Shown in pieces: positions 23,552 to 36,950 of a stretch of 64,000 nucleotides of DNA. The stretch comes from Ginglymostoma cirratum. Taxonomy: Eukaryota. Within the stretch, counting starts at the first letter, position 1, and each line of letters starts with the position of its first letter. The stretch is taken from positions 726,515-790,514 of the forward strand of contig JAHRHZ010000250.1 in NCBI GenBank assembly GCA_024137785.1. Direction: 5' to 3'. The notes beneath the pieces are model-generated. The model did not search any database. It worked only from the letters and a program-made list of their open reading frames with translations, and was not told where the DNA came from. The position numbers and the translations under genes are program-made.

Positions 23552-26050
23552 ATAGGAACTGACTTTTATATCAAAGTAATATCGGTGAGAGGCCATTACA
23601 ATAAAGTAAGGCGCATCTGTGACTGAACAGTTGAAAACTAAGGGGTGGGGAAATAGTTAATAAGGAAACTCCGCCATTAGGTACAGGTGAACTGAAAAGT
23701 CAGAATCTTTCAAGTCCAAGTGTAATCTTTTGTTGTAACTGTATGTACCAAATAGAGCCAATGATTATCAAAAGTCCTCAGATGGTGTTTGGATAGTTTC
23801 GAAGTAGAACCAGGAAAATAGAGGGAGAAATCCAGCAGCTCATTATTTGGGTAAAAAGATGCAGAGAAATGCTGTTGGAGAACAAAGCAAGAAGAAACAG
23901 GCTCCCAAAATTTGGGAAAGGAGCAATAAGTAGATTGGTTGTCACTCTGACTCATGAGTGCTTACATGATTATGAGACATGAAACAGTTCCGGTTCTACT
24001 ACTCTTTGCTCTGAAAGATGAGTGCCATACATGTGCTGTTGAGAAACCCTGGGTTGTGCTGCGACTTGTCTTCATCCGACACCTAGAACCACCCACTGGT
24101 GGCATGAATGTTCAGAAAGTGTCAACGCTGAGTTTCATACGCAGAATGCCCAGTTGCGGACCTACTAGTTAACATTAGGACAATGAAAAATGGTTTGGTT
24201 GTGCTATTTATCTCATCTGGAAACCTGCTTTCTGTTTCTAACATTCTAAATCAAATGTAAAAGGAAGACTTTTTTTGTCCACACTTCTGAAATCACAGAG
24301 TAAGCGAAAAAGACTCCAGTCAGCATGCTGCATTTATTCTATTTCTCCATTTGGCCATGGAACCCTGCCACAATCCTTGTACTTCAAATAAATCCTCTAA
24401 ATGATAAAAGCATCATGATCACATCTAGTTAATATCGTCCAGATGGAAAAAAACTGGAATGCTAGGAGAGAACAATTGGCACGACTGTGTATACAATGTT
24501 TCCTAGATCCCTTCATTGAGAATGTTGGCTTATGTGAAGTAGTCACTTACTGGCTGATATCAACCGGTCTGATACTTTTGGTATGTTTTCTGTGAACGGT
24601 AATCAAAATATTAGGAAATCAACCTTGCACTTTAAAATTGGATAGATCAGTTGTGAATTAGTTGTAAAGGCATTTTTCCTTCTCAAAGAGAGCAGTGTTG
24701 GAAATTAGTTTATCTTCAAAGCGGAGTTTTCTGATTATTTACTGTATGGCATGTGATTTAATTTAACTGTTGTTACAGCAGAAACTATCTTTGCATATAG
24801 CTATCACATGAAATCAAAGGAAAAGGCTCAAGAATCACGTGAAATACTGAGGTTATGAAGGCCTAGTGAACTCGCAACGATTTCTTATAAGCCACTAAGG
24901 TATTCTACTATCAATGTATCGTTTTGAGAGAAAAATAATTTACTGCTTTTTGTTCAAAAGTAAACTACTGTTCAGTGCGGACAGGCAAGAGATGATGGTC
25001 ATCCTAGCATCTTGAGTAGCAGTCCAATTCATTGACTTAAAATTTTCAGATTGGTGATTGACACAGTATAGATTTCCAGTTTACAAAATAAAATATGCTG
25101 AGGTGAAGAAGGAAAGTGACTGTGAGAGAGGGAGCGGTTGCAGGGAAAAGAGACATCATCTTCTTTGCAACAGGCCAAATATTGGAAGGATAAGTAAAGA
25201 AAGTTCCAATCACTGAATTACCAAAGAATGCGAAGAATCAGGGATGAATAAGCCAGCACGATAAATCGTAGGGTTTCTGAAGCACCTCCTCTCCGTTCTA
25301 TAGAACAACTTCCGAATATTTATACTGCTCTCGTTTATGATGGGTTGTATACTTGTTTTCTCCCTGACTTAAATTATCTATCATATCTAACAGTTGCTTC
25401 GGGGTTAACAGAATAAACCATCCTAAAGTTGCATGCAAATTGTATACTGATTACATTAGACATGTACTGCACCAAACGCCGTATGGGCACCATCTTTAAT
25501 AAATTTCATAGTTGGGAGTTGCCATAAAATCTGTTAATGTCAACATACTCTGGATTAATGTAATTGGTTTTCTTGTCAGTTTTCACCTCATAAGATTGAT
25601 TTTAAATGTAGAAAAAACAGTTCAACAAAACCACAATCCAGCAAGAAAAAAACAAAACTGTAGTCTTTATATCGGGCCCGCCCAATAATTAAAATTAATA
25701 ATTAATAATTAAAATCAGCAGAAACATGCATTTCGAATCGATACACTCACATCAAAGAATGGTTTTTCAACACTTTTCAGAACCTTGAATCAGGTAGATT
25801 TAACCCAACAAGCACGAATGAAAGTTTTTAAATAATAAGATTGACGTCCCTTAAATTATTTCACCTGGATTAAAGTCAGTCTATTTCTAAATTACATAAT
25901 TGATTTTCAGTGGCAAACAATTGGCCTTCGCGAAAAAAAAACTTTGACAATATGAACCAGCGCGAGGTGATTTTAATTGCGCACTACTAAATACATGATT
26001 CTTTGTTATTGTACCTCCTTGGGAGCAATTCTGCTTTAAGAAATGCTTGG

Positions 26051-26092
26051 TGCAATAATGAGTAAGGACTCTTTGTGTCGCTGTCTACCAAT
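26051..26092 (+). promoter_or_regulatory. cPcdh promoter CSE plus CCAAT, paralog 2
   Basis: TGCAA-12 nt-ACTCTTTGTGTCGCT-GTCTA-CCAAT; CGCT at 26079-26082. Confidence 0.85.
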
Positions 26093-26382
26093 AAGAAAAC
26101 CAAACATTGCTAGAGATCTACCTCCCCGCCCCGTCGCCCCCTCCCCCCACTCCACCCCTCCTACCATAGGAAACACAGCGCAGAAGGAAAGAGCAGGACA
26201 AAGTCGCCCGCACCTAAACCATTTTGCACCGAAAGATTGGTTAGTTCGAGATTTCACGTTTATCGTTTCAATGCTGCCATTTTTCTTCATCAGATAATTT
26301 ATTTCATTTCACAGAGAGCGATGTAAAGCAACGAGGTTGGTCAGCATTTTGGCAGATATACAACTGGATCGAATCCGGAACA

Positions 26383-28773
26383 ATGGCGATAAGACTCAAC
26401 CGGCTGTTCTATTTCGTATTCCTGACTTGCGTTTCAGATGTAATTTTCGCTCAAATACATTACGTGATCCCCGAAGAAATTGAGCGCGGTGCTTTTGTTG
26501 GCAATATCGCGGATGATTTAGGACTAAGTATTGGAGAGATGTCACTTCGCAAATTTCGGCTCATTTCTGATGTCGGAATGCAGTTACTGACGGTGAACAT
26601 GGGGGATGGTATTTTGGTTGTGAACCAGAGAATCGACAGGGAAATAGTTTGTGGACGAAGTGCGACTTGTTCTGTTTCTCAGGACATAGCGGTAGAAAAT
26701 CCATTGGAAATGCATCGTGTCGACGTGGAGATATTGGATGTAAATGATAACTCGCCCAGATTTCCCAAAATGAAATACGCTTTACAAATATCTGAGTTAA
26801 CTACAGCAGGAGCTCTTTTCCCACTGGAGAAAGCGCACGATGCAGATGTAGGTACAAATGCGGTGAGTAATTATGAAATCAGTACAAATAAGCACTTTGG
26901 CCTGAAGACTCGGATCAGAAGCGATGGCAGTAAAATTGCAGAGCTGGTGTTAGAAAACCCGTTAGACCGTGAGCAACACTCTAGTTTTCAGCTGACACTG
27001 ACGGCCATTGACGGCGGGACTCCTCGTAGATCTGGTACTGCAGAAATAATCATCACTGTACTGGACGGAAATGATAATGCCCCAGTATTTGATCATCAGA
27101 TATATAGAATTAACGCATTGGAAAATTTACCGAAAGGAACCTTGATCATGACACTAAATGCTGTTGATTTAGACCAGGGAACAAATGGTGAAGTAAAGTA
27201 CTATTTCAGCCATCATGTTTCTCACAGTGTGAGTGAATTGTTCAATTTGAACCCCGCAACTGGACAGATCAGAGTTGAAGGGTTACTGGACTATGAAGAA
27301 GAGAAGGTTTACCAACTTGATGTAGAAGCTGTGGACAATGGTACGCCTGCATTAATTGGGCGCGCCGAGGTTCTTGTTGAATTACTTGACGTTAATGATA
27401 ATGCGCCGGAGTTAAAAATAAACTCACTATCCATTGAGGTACGTGAAGATGCTGCAAGCGGTACTGTGATCGCTATAATAAATGCAATGGATCGTGATTC
27501 AGGCGAAAATGGACAAGTGCAATGTCAGCTGCCACAACATATCCCATTTAAACTTCAAAAATCTTCGAACAGGCAATACAATTTCGTAGTGAGTAACTCA
27601 CTGAATCGAGAAATCTCTCCTTTTTATAACATTTCCATTTCGGCACGGGATGCTGGGTCACCCCCTCTTTCCACAAATAAAACTATCCACATTTCGGTTT
27701 CTGATATAAACGACAATGCACCGCAGTTTACACAGCCGTTATATAATGTGTTCTTGATGGAAAACAATGCTCCAGCTGCATCAATATTTGCTGTCACCGC
27801 TTTAGACCCGGATTTGGGCAAGAATAGCGAGATATCGTATTTCTTATTGGACCTTTTTTTTCCTGAAAATTCTGCGTCTGGTCACTTTAGTGTTAACTCT
27901 GAAAGTGGGCGCATTTACGCGCTACGATCTTTTGACTATGAAATGCAGAAAAAAATTAAGATCAAAGTTCAGGCTCGGGATGCTGGAACTCCATCACTCA
28001 CCAGCACTGCTCTCGTCAATATTATTATTCTGGACCAAAACGACAATACCCCAGTCATTTTGTCACCTTCAAACGACAACAGTTCAATTGTGATTGCATC
28101 AAAATCTGCACGTCCCGGATGCTTGGTGACCAAAGTAATTGCGACTGACGCAGATTCTGGACAGAATGCACGACTTTCCTACCAGCTCATAGAAGCTACT
28201 GATCACAGTATTTTTAGTGTCGGATATACTTCTGGGGAAATTAGAATAACGCGAAATTTTAGGGAGCAAGATGCTCGCAGACAGACGCTCGTGGTTGTGG
28301 TGAAGGACAATGGACAGCCGAGTCTCTCGAGTACAGTCTCAATTCTGTTGACAGTCCAAGGTAACATTACCGAAAATACCTTTGAACAAAAAAGTGAACC
28401 TAAAAATCCTGAATTATTTTCAGATTTAAATTTTCTATTGATCATAATTTTAGGATCAACTTCCTGCATATTTCTCTTCATAATAGTTTTTCTGGTCGTT
28501 GTGAAATGCAAACAAGACAGGAATACTTGCTGTTACACGTCCAGAATCCGTTGTTCCAGACAAAGGAATTCAGACGATGCCTCTCAGTGTAGAGACGTCG
28601 GAAAAGCAAATTTAAATTATCTAGATTCTGCTCAAATTCTGCCTATTCGTGAATCATATAATTACACCGTTTGTCTCTCTCCCGAATCCTCTAAGAGCGA
28701 TTTTTTGTTCTTAAAACCATGTCACCCGACATTGCCTCTGGATGATATTAATATTCGTGACACAGAGAAATAA
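26383..28773 (+). CDS. Clustered protocadherin, paralog 2 (796 aa)
   Basis: Intact ORF colinear with paralog 1, with the same cadherin motifs, CGRSATC, an identical TM and YNYTVCLSPESSKSDFLFLKP. Confidence 0.97.
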   Translation: MAIRLNRLFYFVFLTCVSDVIFAQIHYVIPEEIERGAFVGNIADDLGLSIGEMSLRKFRLISDVGMQLLTVNMGDGILVVNQRIDREIVCGRSATCSVSQDIAVENPLEMHRVDVEILDVNDNSPRFPKMKYALQISELTTAGALFPLEKAHDADVGTNAVSNYEISTNKHFGLKTRIRSDGSKIAELVLENPLDREQHSSFQLTLTAIDGGTPRRSGTAEIIITVLDGNDNAPVFDHQIYRINALENLPKGTLIMTLNAVDLDQGTNGEVKYYFSHHVSHSVSELFNLNPATGQIRVEGLLDYEEEKVYQLDVEAVDNGTPALIGRAEVLVELLDVNDNAPELKINSLSIEVREDAASGTVIAIINAMDRDSGENGQVQCQLPQHIPFKLQKSSNRQYNFVVSNSLNREISPFYNISISARDAGSPPLSTNKTIHISVSDINDNAPQFTQPLYNVFLMENNAPAASIFAVTALDPDLGKNSEISYFLLDLFFPENSASGHFSVNSESGRIYALRSFDYEMQKKIKIKVQARDAGTPSLTSTALVNIIILDQNDNTPVILSPSNDNSSIVIASKSARPGCLVTKVIATDADSGQNARLSYQLIEATDHSIFSVGYTSGEIRITRNFREQDARRQTLVVVVKDNGQPSLSSTVSILLTVQGNITENTFEQKSEPKNPELFSDLNFLLIIILGSTSCIFLFIIVFLVVVKCKQDRNTCCYTSRIRCSRQRNSDDASQCRDVGKANLNYLDSAQILPIRESYNYTVCLSPESSKSDFLFLKPCHPTLPLDDINIRDTEK

Positions 28774-29183
28774 TGCAATAAGTCCACGTGTAATGCAATT
28801 AATTTGCAGTTTATACATCTGTATGCATCCCCCACCCCTCAAATCAAGTTTTATTCGAATGCTTTCTCTGGAATTCTTGCTCCACTTATGTATTATCAGT
28901 TTCGGACGAGAACGTTGGAAGTGCAGTGTCTCAAATGCTGTTTTATGATTTCTATTAACATTAGAATAAAAGCTGAGCTATTTAGAAATTTAATCTGCTC
29001 AGGTTAAGTTCAGAAACCTGTGTTAACAACTGAATCGCAACAAGCACAGCCCTTCTATGGAACTTTTTGTTTTCAGTTTGGGTATTGTAGTTTGGTAACT
29101 GCTTGTCACGAAAAGAATTACATTGCTTTTGCAAAATATCCGAGGTGTAGAAATGTTTTCAACTATTTAAATTCTTGAATTAT

Positions 29184-29314
29184 CAGGGATATGTGGGTTA
29201 GGTGGGTTATAGGGGATGGGTCTGGGTGGGATGCTCTGAGGATCGGTGTGGATTTGTTGGTCTGAAGGGCCTGTTTCCACACAGTAGGGATTCTGTGATG
29301 ATGATGATGATGAT
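29184..29314 (+). mobile_element. 3' part of an HE1/V-type SINE with (TGA)n tail
   Basis: GGGTGGGATGCTCT...GAAGGGCCTGTTTCCACAC..TAGGGATTCT followed by a GAT microsatellite. Absent from the homologous 3' flanks of paralogs 1 and 3. Confidence 0.65.
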
Positions 29315-29589
29315 ACATGGGTGATAATATAAAGTTCTAATTAAATTTATGGAATAATCGAACAAGGAGCAGCGGTAAGCTATTCATCCCGTCATTCCAG
29401 CAGTCAATTTCATCAGAGCTGGCGTGATTGCAGTCTGAAACCTCTATTGCCTCCTATCCACGATAACATTTCATTAGTGACTTCAGGAGAAACTTTTACT
29501 TTTATCATCACAGATTCTTCTCGCATGATCTTTTCAGAAGGATATTCAAAAAAAGACTCACAATGCTGTAAGTAATTGCTTGATGTAAA

Positions 29590-30100
29590 TGCAATCTAAC
29601 ATTTTTTGAAGAATGTGCAGTACACGCAGAAACTTCTACTCCTCAGACCGCTATAATATCTCAATATTTAGATGATAAACTTCTCTTTCCTTCAGTTCAC
29701 CTTTTGAAATATAAAATGTCACATATTGCCACATTAAGCACCACTTGACAGCTGTTTGTGCATTTACCTATTTGAACCTTTATGTCCTCTCCACAGCTTA
29801 TTTTCCTGCCGAGTTTAATGTTACCAGCTAATTTAGCAAGGATACCTTGCATTTCTTGGTCTGTGTTGTTTTGCAAATTGCAGAACGTTGAGGCACCTGA
29901 TCCGTTTGGTACACCACTTATTCTATCTTGCATTCCGTAAGTATTATATAAGCAAAAGAATTTCTTCTTCGTTAGTTCGCCAACGCATTATCCATGCCAA
30001 TGTATTACTTCCTGAACCATGAGGTTTAATTTTCTGCAATAATATTTGATGTGTTACTTGATCAAATGCCTTTTGGGAAAAAGAAACATTACATCAAGTT
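29590..30100 (-). mobile_element. Old CR1 LINE RT fragment
   Basis: Minus ORF 29697-29933 (LAKLAGNIKLGRKI, a degenerate SKFADDTKLG). The homolog in unit 3 is ORF 56904-57098 (VAKLADDAKL). Confidence 0.6.
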
Positions 30101-30149
30101 TTTCCTAATATAGATTCAATAACAGTTGCTTCCCTGCTGTTAGTAGACT

Positions 30150-30336
30150 TTGGTATGGAACTCTCACATGTTAATTCTGATCTGTCTCGTGCATCTTCTG
30201 TGTGGCTGTGACACTGTATTCTGCACTCCGGCCTACTACCTTGATGCACTTTGTAGGTTGCCATCTGCCTGACTAACATGCAAAACAACACTTTTCACTC
30301 TATCTCCGTGTATGCGACAACAGTTAATCAATCAAT
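30150..30336 (+). mobile_element. LINE/SINE 3' tail ending in (TCAA)n
   Basis: ...CATGCAAAACAACACTTTTCACT...AATCAATCAATC. An orthologous copy lies at about 57390-57560. Confidence 0.55.
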
Positions 30337-33300
30337 CCCGTCTATCCGCAGCAAATATTACTTCCTCAGAGACGTCCAATGACCTGTCTTGCCATGATTT
30401 CTCCTTCACAACGCCATTTTGACTTATTTCCTGATTACTTTGAATTTGAAGTTGTCTCTCGATGTGTATTATGATGCATGAATACGAGCTGCAAGAACCT
30501 TCCCTACCACCGATGTTCGCCAGCTGATATATAGATGGCTGTTTTCTGTCTCCCTCCATTTTGAACATAACTATTTTCCAACCTTACCGAATCTGAAAGT
30601 GGACAATATATAAAAATTCAAACCCAGACGTTATCTCACAAGAGAATTCTTTATGAGTCTATTTCACGAGCTTTTGCTTTAAAGATGTTAAAGATCATGT
30701 CTGACTGAAGTGAAATGTCCTTGCTTTTATTTCTAGTTCCTTCATAATAATCAATAATTTATTTTGCCCTGTTACCCACTTGCTACATTTGCCAGCTAAC
30801 TTAATATTATGTAACACTTTCAGCAGATCACCTCGACCTGTCTGTCCACTTAAGTTAGGTAACTTCGCTCAAATTTTCCACTGATTCTCCATTCTTCCTG
30901 TAAAGTTGACGTTTCCATGTTATCCCACATGATGCCCATTCTGCTACTTTTTTTTTGCTTATTCGCTTCATTTCTCTATGGTCCTTTGCAGACTTTGTGC
31001 ATTATCTTGTCAAAAGACCATCTTACTTTTTCCAGTGTCTTAGGCAAATTTACCTATGCTCATTCAATTGCCAAAATCCATTTTTTTGCTATAGATTGTA
31101 AGTATTATATACAGCTAGACAATCTGAAAACGCTCTTTATCTCTGCGTCACGCTGACACATTAAACATTTACCCTGGACCTGGATGAACAGATGAATACG
31201 AAGAAGAATAGACGGATACGGATTCTGTAAATAAAGATATTTTTAGTATGGAAGGGCAAAACGTGGCAGCGCAGGTTTGGCGGCTGAAGGGCCTGTTCCT
31301 GTGCTGTATTGTTCTTTGATCATTGTTTTTTCTACCCAATTTAATACTCGCTGAACTTTTGTGTAGTAAACTGTTTTTAACAATTCTGTTGCAGAGCTAA
31401 TTTCCAAGGGGCTGTGACCCTTCCGGATTTGAAAGAATTTTTGCGCATTACAACCATGGCAAAAGGTTTGTAACGTGCATTATAATCATTATTGAACCAG
31501 AATAAATTTAAAAGAGACCCAGATTGATATTGGTCGTTCCCTTTAAGTTTGAAAAATGTTGTCTGCAAACATTCTGTGACAGTGAGCTATATTCTATTTT
31601 GCTCAGAGGGCAAATGCTTGTGGAACTCTGCAGAGTTAATCAAAAAATAGTTGTACATTTTAATTTATAGCAGTCAATGTTAACACATGAAGGCTACAAG
31701 CTATGTTTTCTGGTCGCTTCAGAAGAGTCAGGGATTGAGTTCAAGAGAAGACTTTTCAACTCAGTGTAGAAAACAGCACAGCTCATTTCAGAAATAAGTT
31801 TTGGTATCCTCTCGTACTCCAGGGTAGTTGGGAAGAAAGCCAGCTACTTCAGAAAAATTGGTTAGTTTGTAAAGCTTCCAGACAAGGTTAGATTGGATAG
31901 AAATTGGCAATTATTAGAACTATGAATGTTTAGGCCCTCAGATTTATGAATTCTTCATGTCAGCATTCTCAGAAAGAAATTAACGAATGGTATCCACGGT
32001 CCACTGAAGTGATGTCATAACGAAAACAGTTGAGATGGTTTGTAGTTCTCTGGATTTAAATACCTCTAGTGGTTGATGTTGGAACTCGGGTTGAAATTTT
32101 TTTTATGCTTCTGGTATAATGTTTGCGACTAATACAATGTGCATACAATCAATATGTAGTTCTTATGCACTTTTACATGTGTGGAATAGACATATTTTCT
32201 CTCGTCAATGAATATCTTCAGGTATGTTTGACAATGTTTCGTTGACTAACCACTATATTAATAATAAAAATTAATGATCTATCAAACCAAGTTTTATCCT
32301 AGAATATTATAATCCAGTTGTGGCAGTAGCTGAAATCAAATTTCAGCCAATTGGCCTCAATTTTCTCTGGCGACACTACAACTGAATGCTTATCAAAATT
32401 TCAAAGTAGCTTCAGATAGGTAGAGCAAAGCAATCCCGAATCAAATCACATCAAACCATTGCAATGCACTCAAATCCAGTTATTAATGATGATGGACAAT
32501 TAACAAATTAAGGGGAGAAGCATGTTTCACAAATATAACCAACTTTGATGGTCATGGAGCCTAGAACACAAGTGGAAATGACAAGGTATTTGTAACATCA
32601 TCATCCAGAAGTGAATTAAATGATTAAACCATCTTGGCCTGCTTCAAATGAGGTGACGTCTCTTGTTCTCGTACTTACCGTGCCAATTGACATGTTTGCC
32701 ACAATAGCTACAATTACCTGCCATCTCTGCAACAATGTGGACAATTGGTAGTAAATTCCACAAGAACATGAAAAAAAAATCATTTCAGCAAATCAATGCC
32801 TCTTCAGTAATTTCAATCACAAATGAACCCATGAATTTTATTCTCAGCAATGCTTTGAAATGTCACTTAAACAGGAACAATCTGCTCAACAGTGATCAGT
32901 TCGGATGTGCAAAGACAGAGGCACTGGTATAAGTACAGCCTTAGTGAAAAAATGGTAAAATTATGAGAGAAGTGATAAAGTGTTCCCTTGCTGTAAAGTT
33001 ATCTTTTTACCGCGTTTTCTTTTGAGAAATCATTGCATTCTTAAAGAGAATGGAATCAGGGTAATCGCTCCTCTTGTAGACCTGATCCTGAGAATTGTGT
33101 CCAGTTATGACTGTATCATAGGAACGATGCAAATGCATTGTAGAGAGTGCAGAACTGAAAAAGAAAATCAGGGATGAGGAACTTTGGTTATGGCAACAGT
33201 TTGAAGAATTTTGGACCATTCTGAGATGAAAGCTTACAGGGATTTGGTAGAACTTTGAAAAATCATGAACGTGATGAATAGAGTGGATAGGTAAAAGTTC

Positions 33301-34074
33301 TTCCTGTTTGTAAAGGGAACAAAGAGGAGACGGTGAATATTTAAAGTAATTTTCACTTATCACGTAGATAGAATGAAATGCGCAGTTTGGAATTGTGGGA
33401 ACGACAGCTTCATTTCAAGCATTCACGAACGCATTGGATAGTTATTTGGACATAGATAACATGCAATGATACGGGGGGTCGTCGTGGAAAGCAGGAGATT
33501 AATTCTAAGTAAAGATGCTCGTTTGAAGAACCAGTGCAGGCACAACGGACCGAATAGACGCTGTTTGTGCTCTATCAATTTTTTGGGATTTGTCATTCTG
33601 AAGTGATGGTCGTGCCTCTCTCAAAGGAAAGTTGCAATGATTGCTTTATGATAATATTTGGGCTAAAATTTGAGTTGCAAGAGTGTGTCAGGGTAATGTC
33701 CTCGCACCAATCAATTTCCACTGCTGCATGGTCTTGTTGTCAGAAATGGGCATGTATATTCATGATTTTTTTGTGATCTTTATCATTCCTTAGGTACTGA
33801 AGCACTCGACGTACTGGTCAGTACTGAGTCTGACCTCTAAAGTTACAAGTAATTATTCGTGGCATGCAAGTGCCACTAAAAAGTGTTCTATAGGAAGAGG
33901 AAATCTTACGATCTGCCTTGGTGTTCATGTGACCATTGATAAATCCTGCAGTAATAAAACCGTGATCATTCTGACGGCAGATTAACTCAGTTGATTGAAT
34001 GGCTATTTTGCTAATGCTATTCTGCTATTTTGCAGTGTAATGTCAACTCCATAGGTACATTAAACAGATATAAA

Positions 34075-34340
34075 ATATAACAAAGAACTGCACATGTCAG
34101 AAATGAGAAACACAAACAGAAATTGCTGGAAAATCTCAGTTGGTCTGACAGCATCTGTGGAGAGAAGGCAGATTTAAGGCTCGCAGTCCGGTGATTCTTA
34201 TTCAGAATGGATCATAGTTAGATAAAAGTTGGTATATATGCTGAATATGGGTCGTTGTGAGGATAAATGTTATGTGGTGAGGGAGCCCAGATAAAGAGAA
34301 TAATAGTTGGGAAGACAAAGGAATGGGTAAAAGTTAGCCT
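34075..34340 (-). mobile_element. Penelope-type terminal fragment (family B), shared with unit 3
   Basis: ACAGAAATTGCTGGAAAATCTCAGTTGGTCTGACAGCATCTGTGGAGAG; same position as 62475-62750. Confidence 0.6.
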
Positions 34341-35378
34341 ACATGTGATTCCTTATCGACATCGGTATGATTTACTGTTAATGTCCCTCTGAAATCACCT
34401 AGTAAATCATCCAGGTAAAATTCAAATCGGGACTGATGAAAGGAAAAGTTGCTATCAGTGATGCTCATATCCGTGAATGAATAGGACGAACAGTCTAATG
34501 TTTTGACCTTGTGAATTGGCCACTAGTGGGCCAAAATTCAGATAGTTTTATGCCACTGTTTATCAATATATTTCAGAGATCGCCTACTTAGCTTATCCTA
34601 CTATTCAGTTTATTTTTGAAAATTATTAAGAGTCACTTACTCAAAAAATCCAAACGATAATATCGACTGAATATGACATTTCATTTTTACTGATGTCAGC
34701 CACTATTTTCCTCACTGCGAGATAATTTGTCATACAGCCTTGGAGTTATATCTTCATCAGTTGTCTACCATTAGCTTTATCCCGACTCTTCGGTGTTCTA
34801 CTGGATCATTCTTGAAACATTTATTACATAAAATTTGCAAAATTCATTTATGCTGCATTAGACATTGTTCAATTTTTCACTTTTTTTATTCATATTCTGT
34901 TATTTGCATGACTCATTTATGCTGTCGCATTTAGTTAAAATAATATATCAGTGCAATTGTTTCGACTCTGGTTTCTTATCTTGTTGTGTAAAACCCAACA
35001 TATACAAGACTTTGCCTTTCACATTGTCACCGTCCATTGAATTCAGTTCTCCTTTTTTTCATGTATCAAATCTTTACCAATGTGAATAAGAACAGAAGAA
35101 TGTAATACTCAAGCAGTCTTAACAAATTAGGCCCTTTTATACTACTCTGCCGCATAATAAGTTTATAGTTGAATTTCTTTGGTATACTTGGTTCCAAATA
35201 ACCCATCGATGTCTGTTTTGAGAATATGCAAGGGCAGTTCATTAAAAGCTCTCTGGGGCATTTTGACAAGTAAACATAAATCCAGTTTACTGCACAATAG
35301 GTTTCTGACAACATTTATCCAAGAATTTTGGGTTGGTTTATTAAAGGGAACCGATTATCAGGTGGGATAGCCCCAAAC

Positions 35379-35704
35379 GGGGAGGTGACGGCCTGGTGGT
35401 ATTATCACTCAGCTGTTAATCCCGAGGCCTAGATAATCTTCTGGGGACCCGGGTTCGAATCCTGCCCCAGCAGATGGTAGAATCTGAATTCAATAAATAT
35501 CGGGAATTGAGAGTCAAACGATGACCATGAAGCCATTGGTGATTGTCGTGGGAAAAACCCAACTGGAAGGAAGCTACCATCCTTATCTGCTCTGGTCTCC
35601 AGGTGACTCCAGAACCACAACAAAGTGGTTGAGTCTTAACTGCCATCTGGGCAATAAATGCTGCCTAGCCAGCGACGCACTCATCGCATGAGTGAATAAA
35701 AAAA
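35379..35704 (+). mobile_element. tRNA-derived Deu-domain SINE (SacSINE1-like), near full length
   Basis: Pol III A-box-like GGCCTGGTGGT and B-box GGGTTCGAATCC (35451-35462); Deu-like core CCATCCTTATCTG..GTGACTCCAGAACCACA..GTGGTTGAGTCTTAACTGCC; A-rich 3' end. Confidence 0.8.
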
Positions 35705-35947
35705 CTGTTCAGGATGATGAGTGGGTTATTTCGATCTAACCTTTATGGATTGTGACAGGAGTTTCTCTGGATTAACAGTCCAGCAATGGTACCAATAGGC
35801 CATACAATTCGATGCTTCTATCATTTTTATTACAAAAATCAAGTGGGAAATCACGGTTCATTATTTGAGCCAGAAAGTTTTATTTACTCTCATTTTGTGA
35901 CATTGGGATAAAAAATGGGCGATAACGGTCAGTTGACGTGGAATTCT

Positions 35948-36046
35948 TTTCTGAAGGAGGGTCCAAGCCCGAAACGTCTGCTTTCCTGCTCCTCTGATAC
36001 TGCTTGGCCTGCTGTGTTCATCCAGCTCTACACCTCGTTATCTCTG
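35948..36046 (+). mobile_element. Penelope-type terminal fragment (family A) with hammerhead-like motif
   Basis: CTGAAGGAGGGTCCAAGCCCGAAACGTC (35951-35978) followed by GCTTGGCCTGCTGTGTTCATCCAGCTC. Confidence 0.65.
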
Positions 36047-36284
36047 ATCGACATGGGATGTAAATTTTGCTCAAGGGACATGCCATACTTTGAATTGCAA
36101 CAGATGATGCATGCACGGAATTTGCACATACCTTTTGTTTTACAATACCAGGATAAAGGCCATCAGTCGTACGCATTTGTCAGCACGAAGATCCACGAAT
36201 GCTATTAGAACTCTTTTATTAGAGAATGTGATATATTTTTCCCAGTTCCTCCCTGTTATTCCATTTGCAGTTAGAATCAAAGAG

Positions 36285-36512
36285 TTATGCAGCATGAAAG
36301 CAGACCCTGTTGTCCAGCTCATTTGTGTTGAAAAGATAGGATAAAGTTACCTGGTCCCATTTGCCACCTTGTGGCCGAAACCCTTCCCAATCATGTATCA
36401 CCCCGTCAAACCCCCCCACCCCCCACCACTGAATCGTTTTGAAAGTTGTAAGCTTACCCGTTTCCATCACTTCCATTGGCAGCTCGTTCCATACATTTAC
36501 AGAAATTTGCAT
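36285..36512 (-). mobile_element. CR1 3' end fragment
   Basis: Minus ORF reads VNVWNELPMEVMETGKLTTFK, a typical CR1 ORF2 C-terminus. Confidence 0.7.
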
Positions 36513-36950
36513 CCAGTTTCGTGAATAGCAAAATACTAGTTCAATTCATCCATGTTTTCCGCTTCAATTATCCATAGTTGTTTCGTTAATATTGTTTCCA
36601 TTCGGCCTATTTATGCCACCTTTGTCTAATCTTAAACTGAAAGCGCTGGTGAAAATCGACAGATCTTACAGCGTCTGAAGAGAGTGAACACTGTGAAAAC
36701 TTTGAGCTCAATGACTATTCTATATTTTGATTATCTGTCGTAATTTGTGTTTAACAGTTTTTTACTTGTGTATTCACAAGTTTTGCATTTACGTCTACAA
36801 TTTAAAATCTACATTACATTCAGGAATGGTGTCCCTTATTATGCTTAGAGTTTTTTGTAACTTCTCAACGTACCTGTTCGTTTACTTTCAGACTTGTACT
36901 CTCCATCCTTCCGAGAACTGCAGATCTTTAAGAAAGTAATCTCCATTAAT

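Larger units (their letters stand above)
2761..26032 (+). repeat. Tandem duplication unit 1 (promoter, gene and intergenic scaffold)
   Basis: Non-coding blocks align by eye with the other units: 5460-8825 with 52034-55830; 8830-11450 with 30490-33720 and 57725-62120; 17440-19550 with 44555-46555 and 370-2100; 23552-26032 with 46870-49338. Confidence 0.9.

Noticed and set aside
35379-35470. tRNA gene
   Set aside because: The A/B boxes are followed by a SINE body and tail, and no convincing cloverleaf forms.
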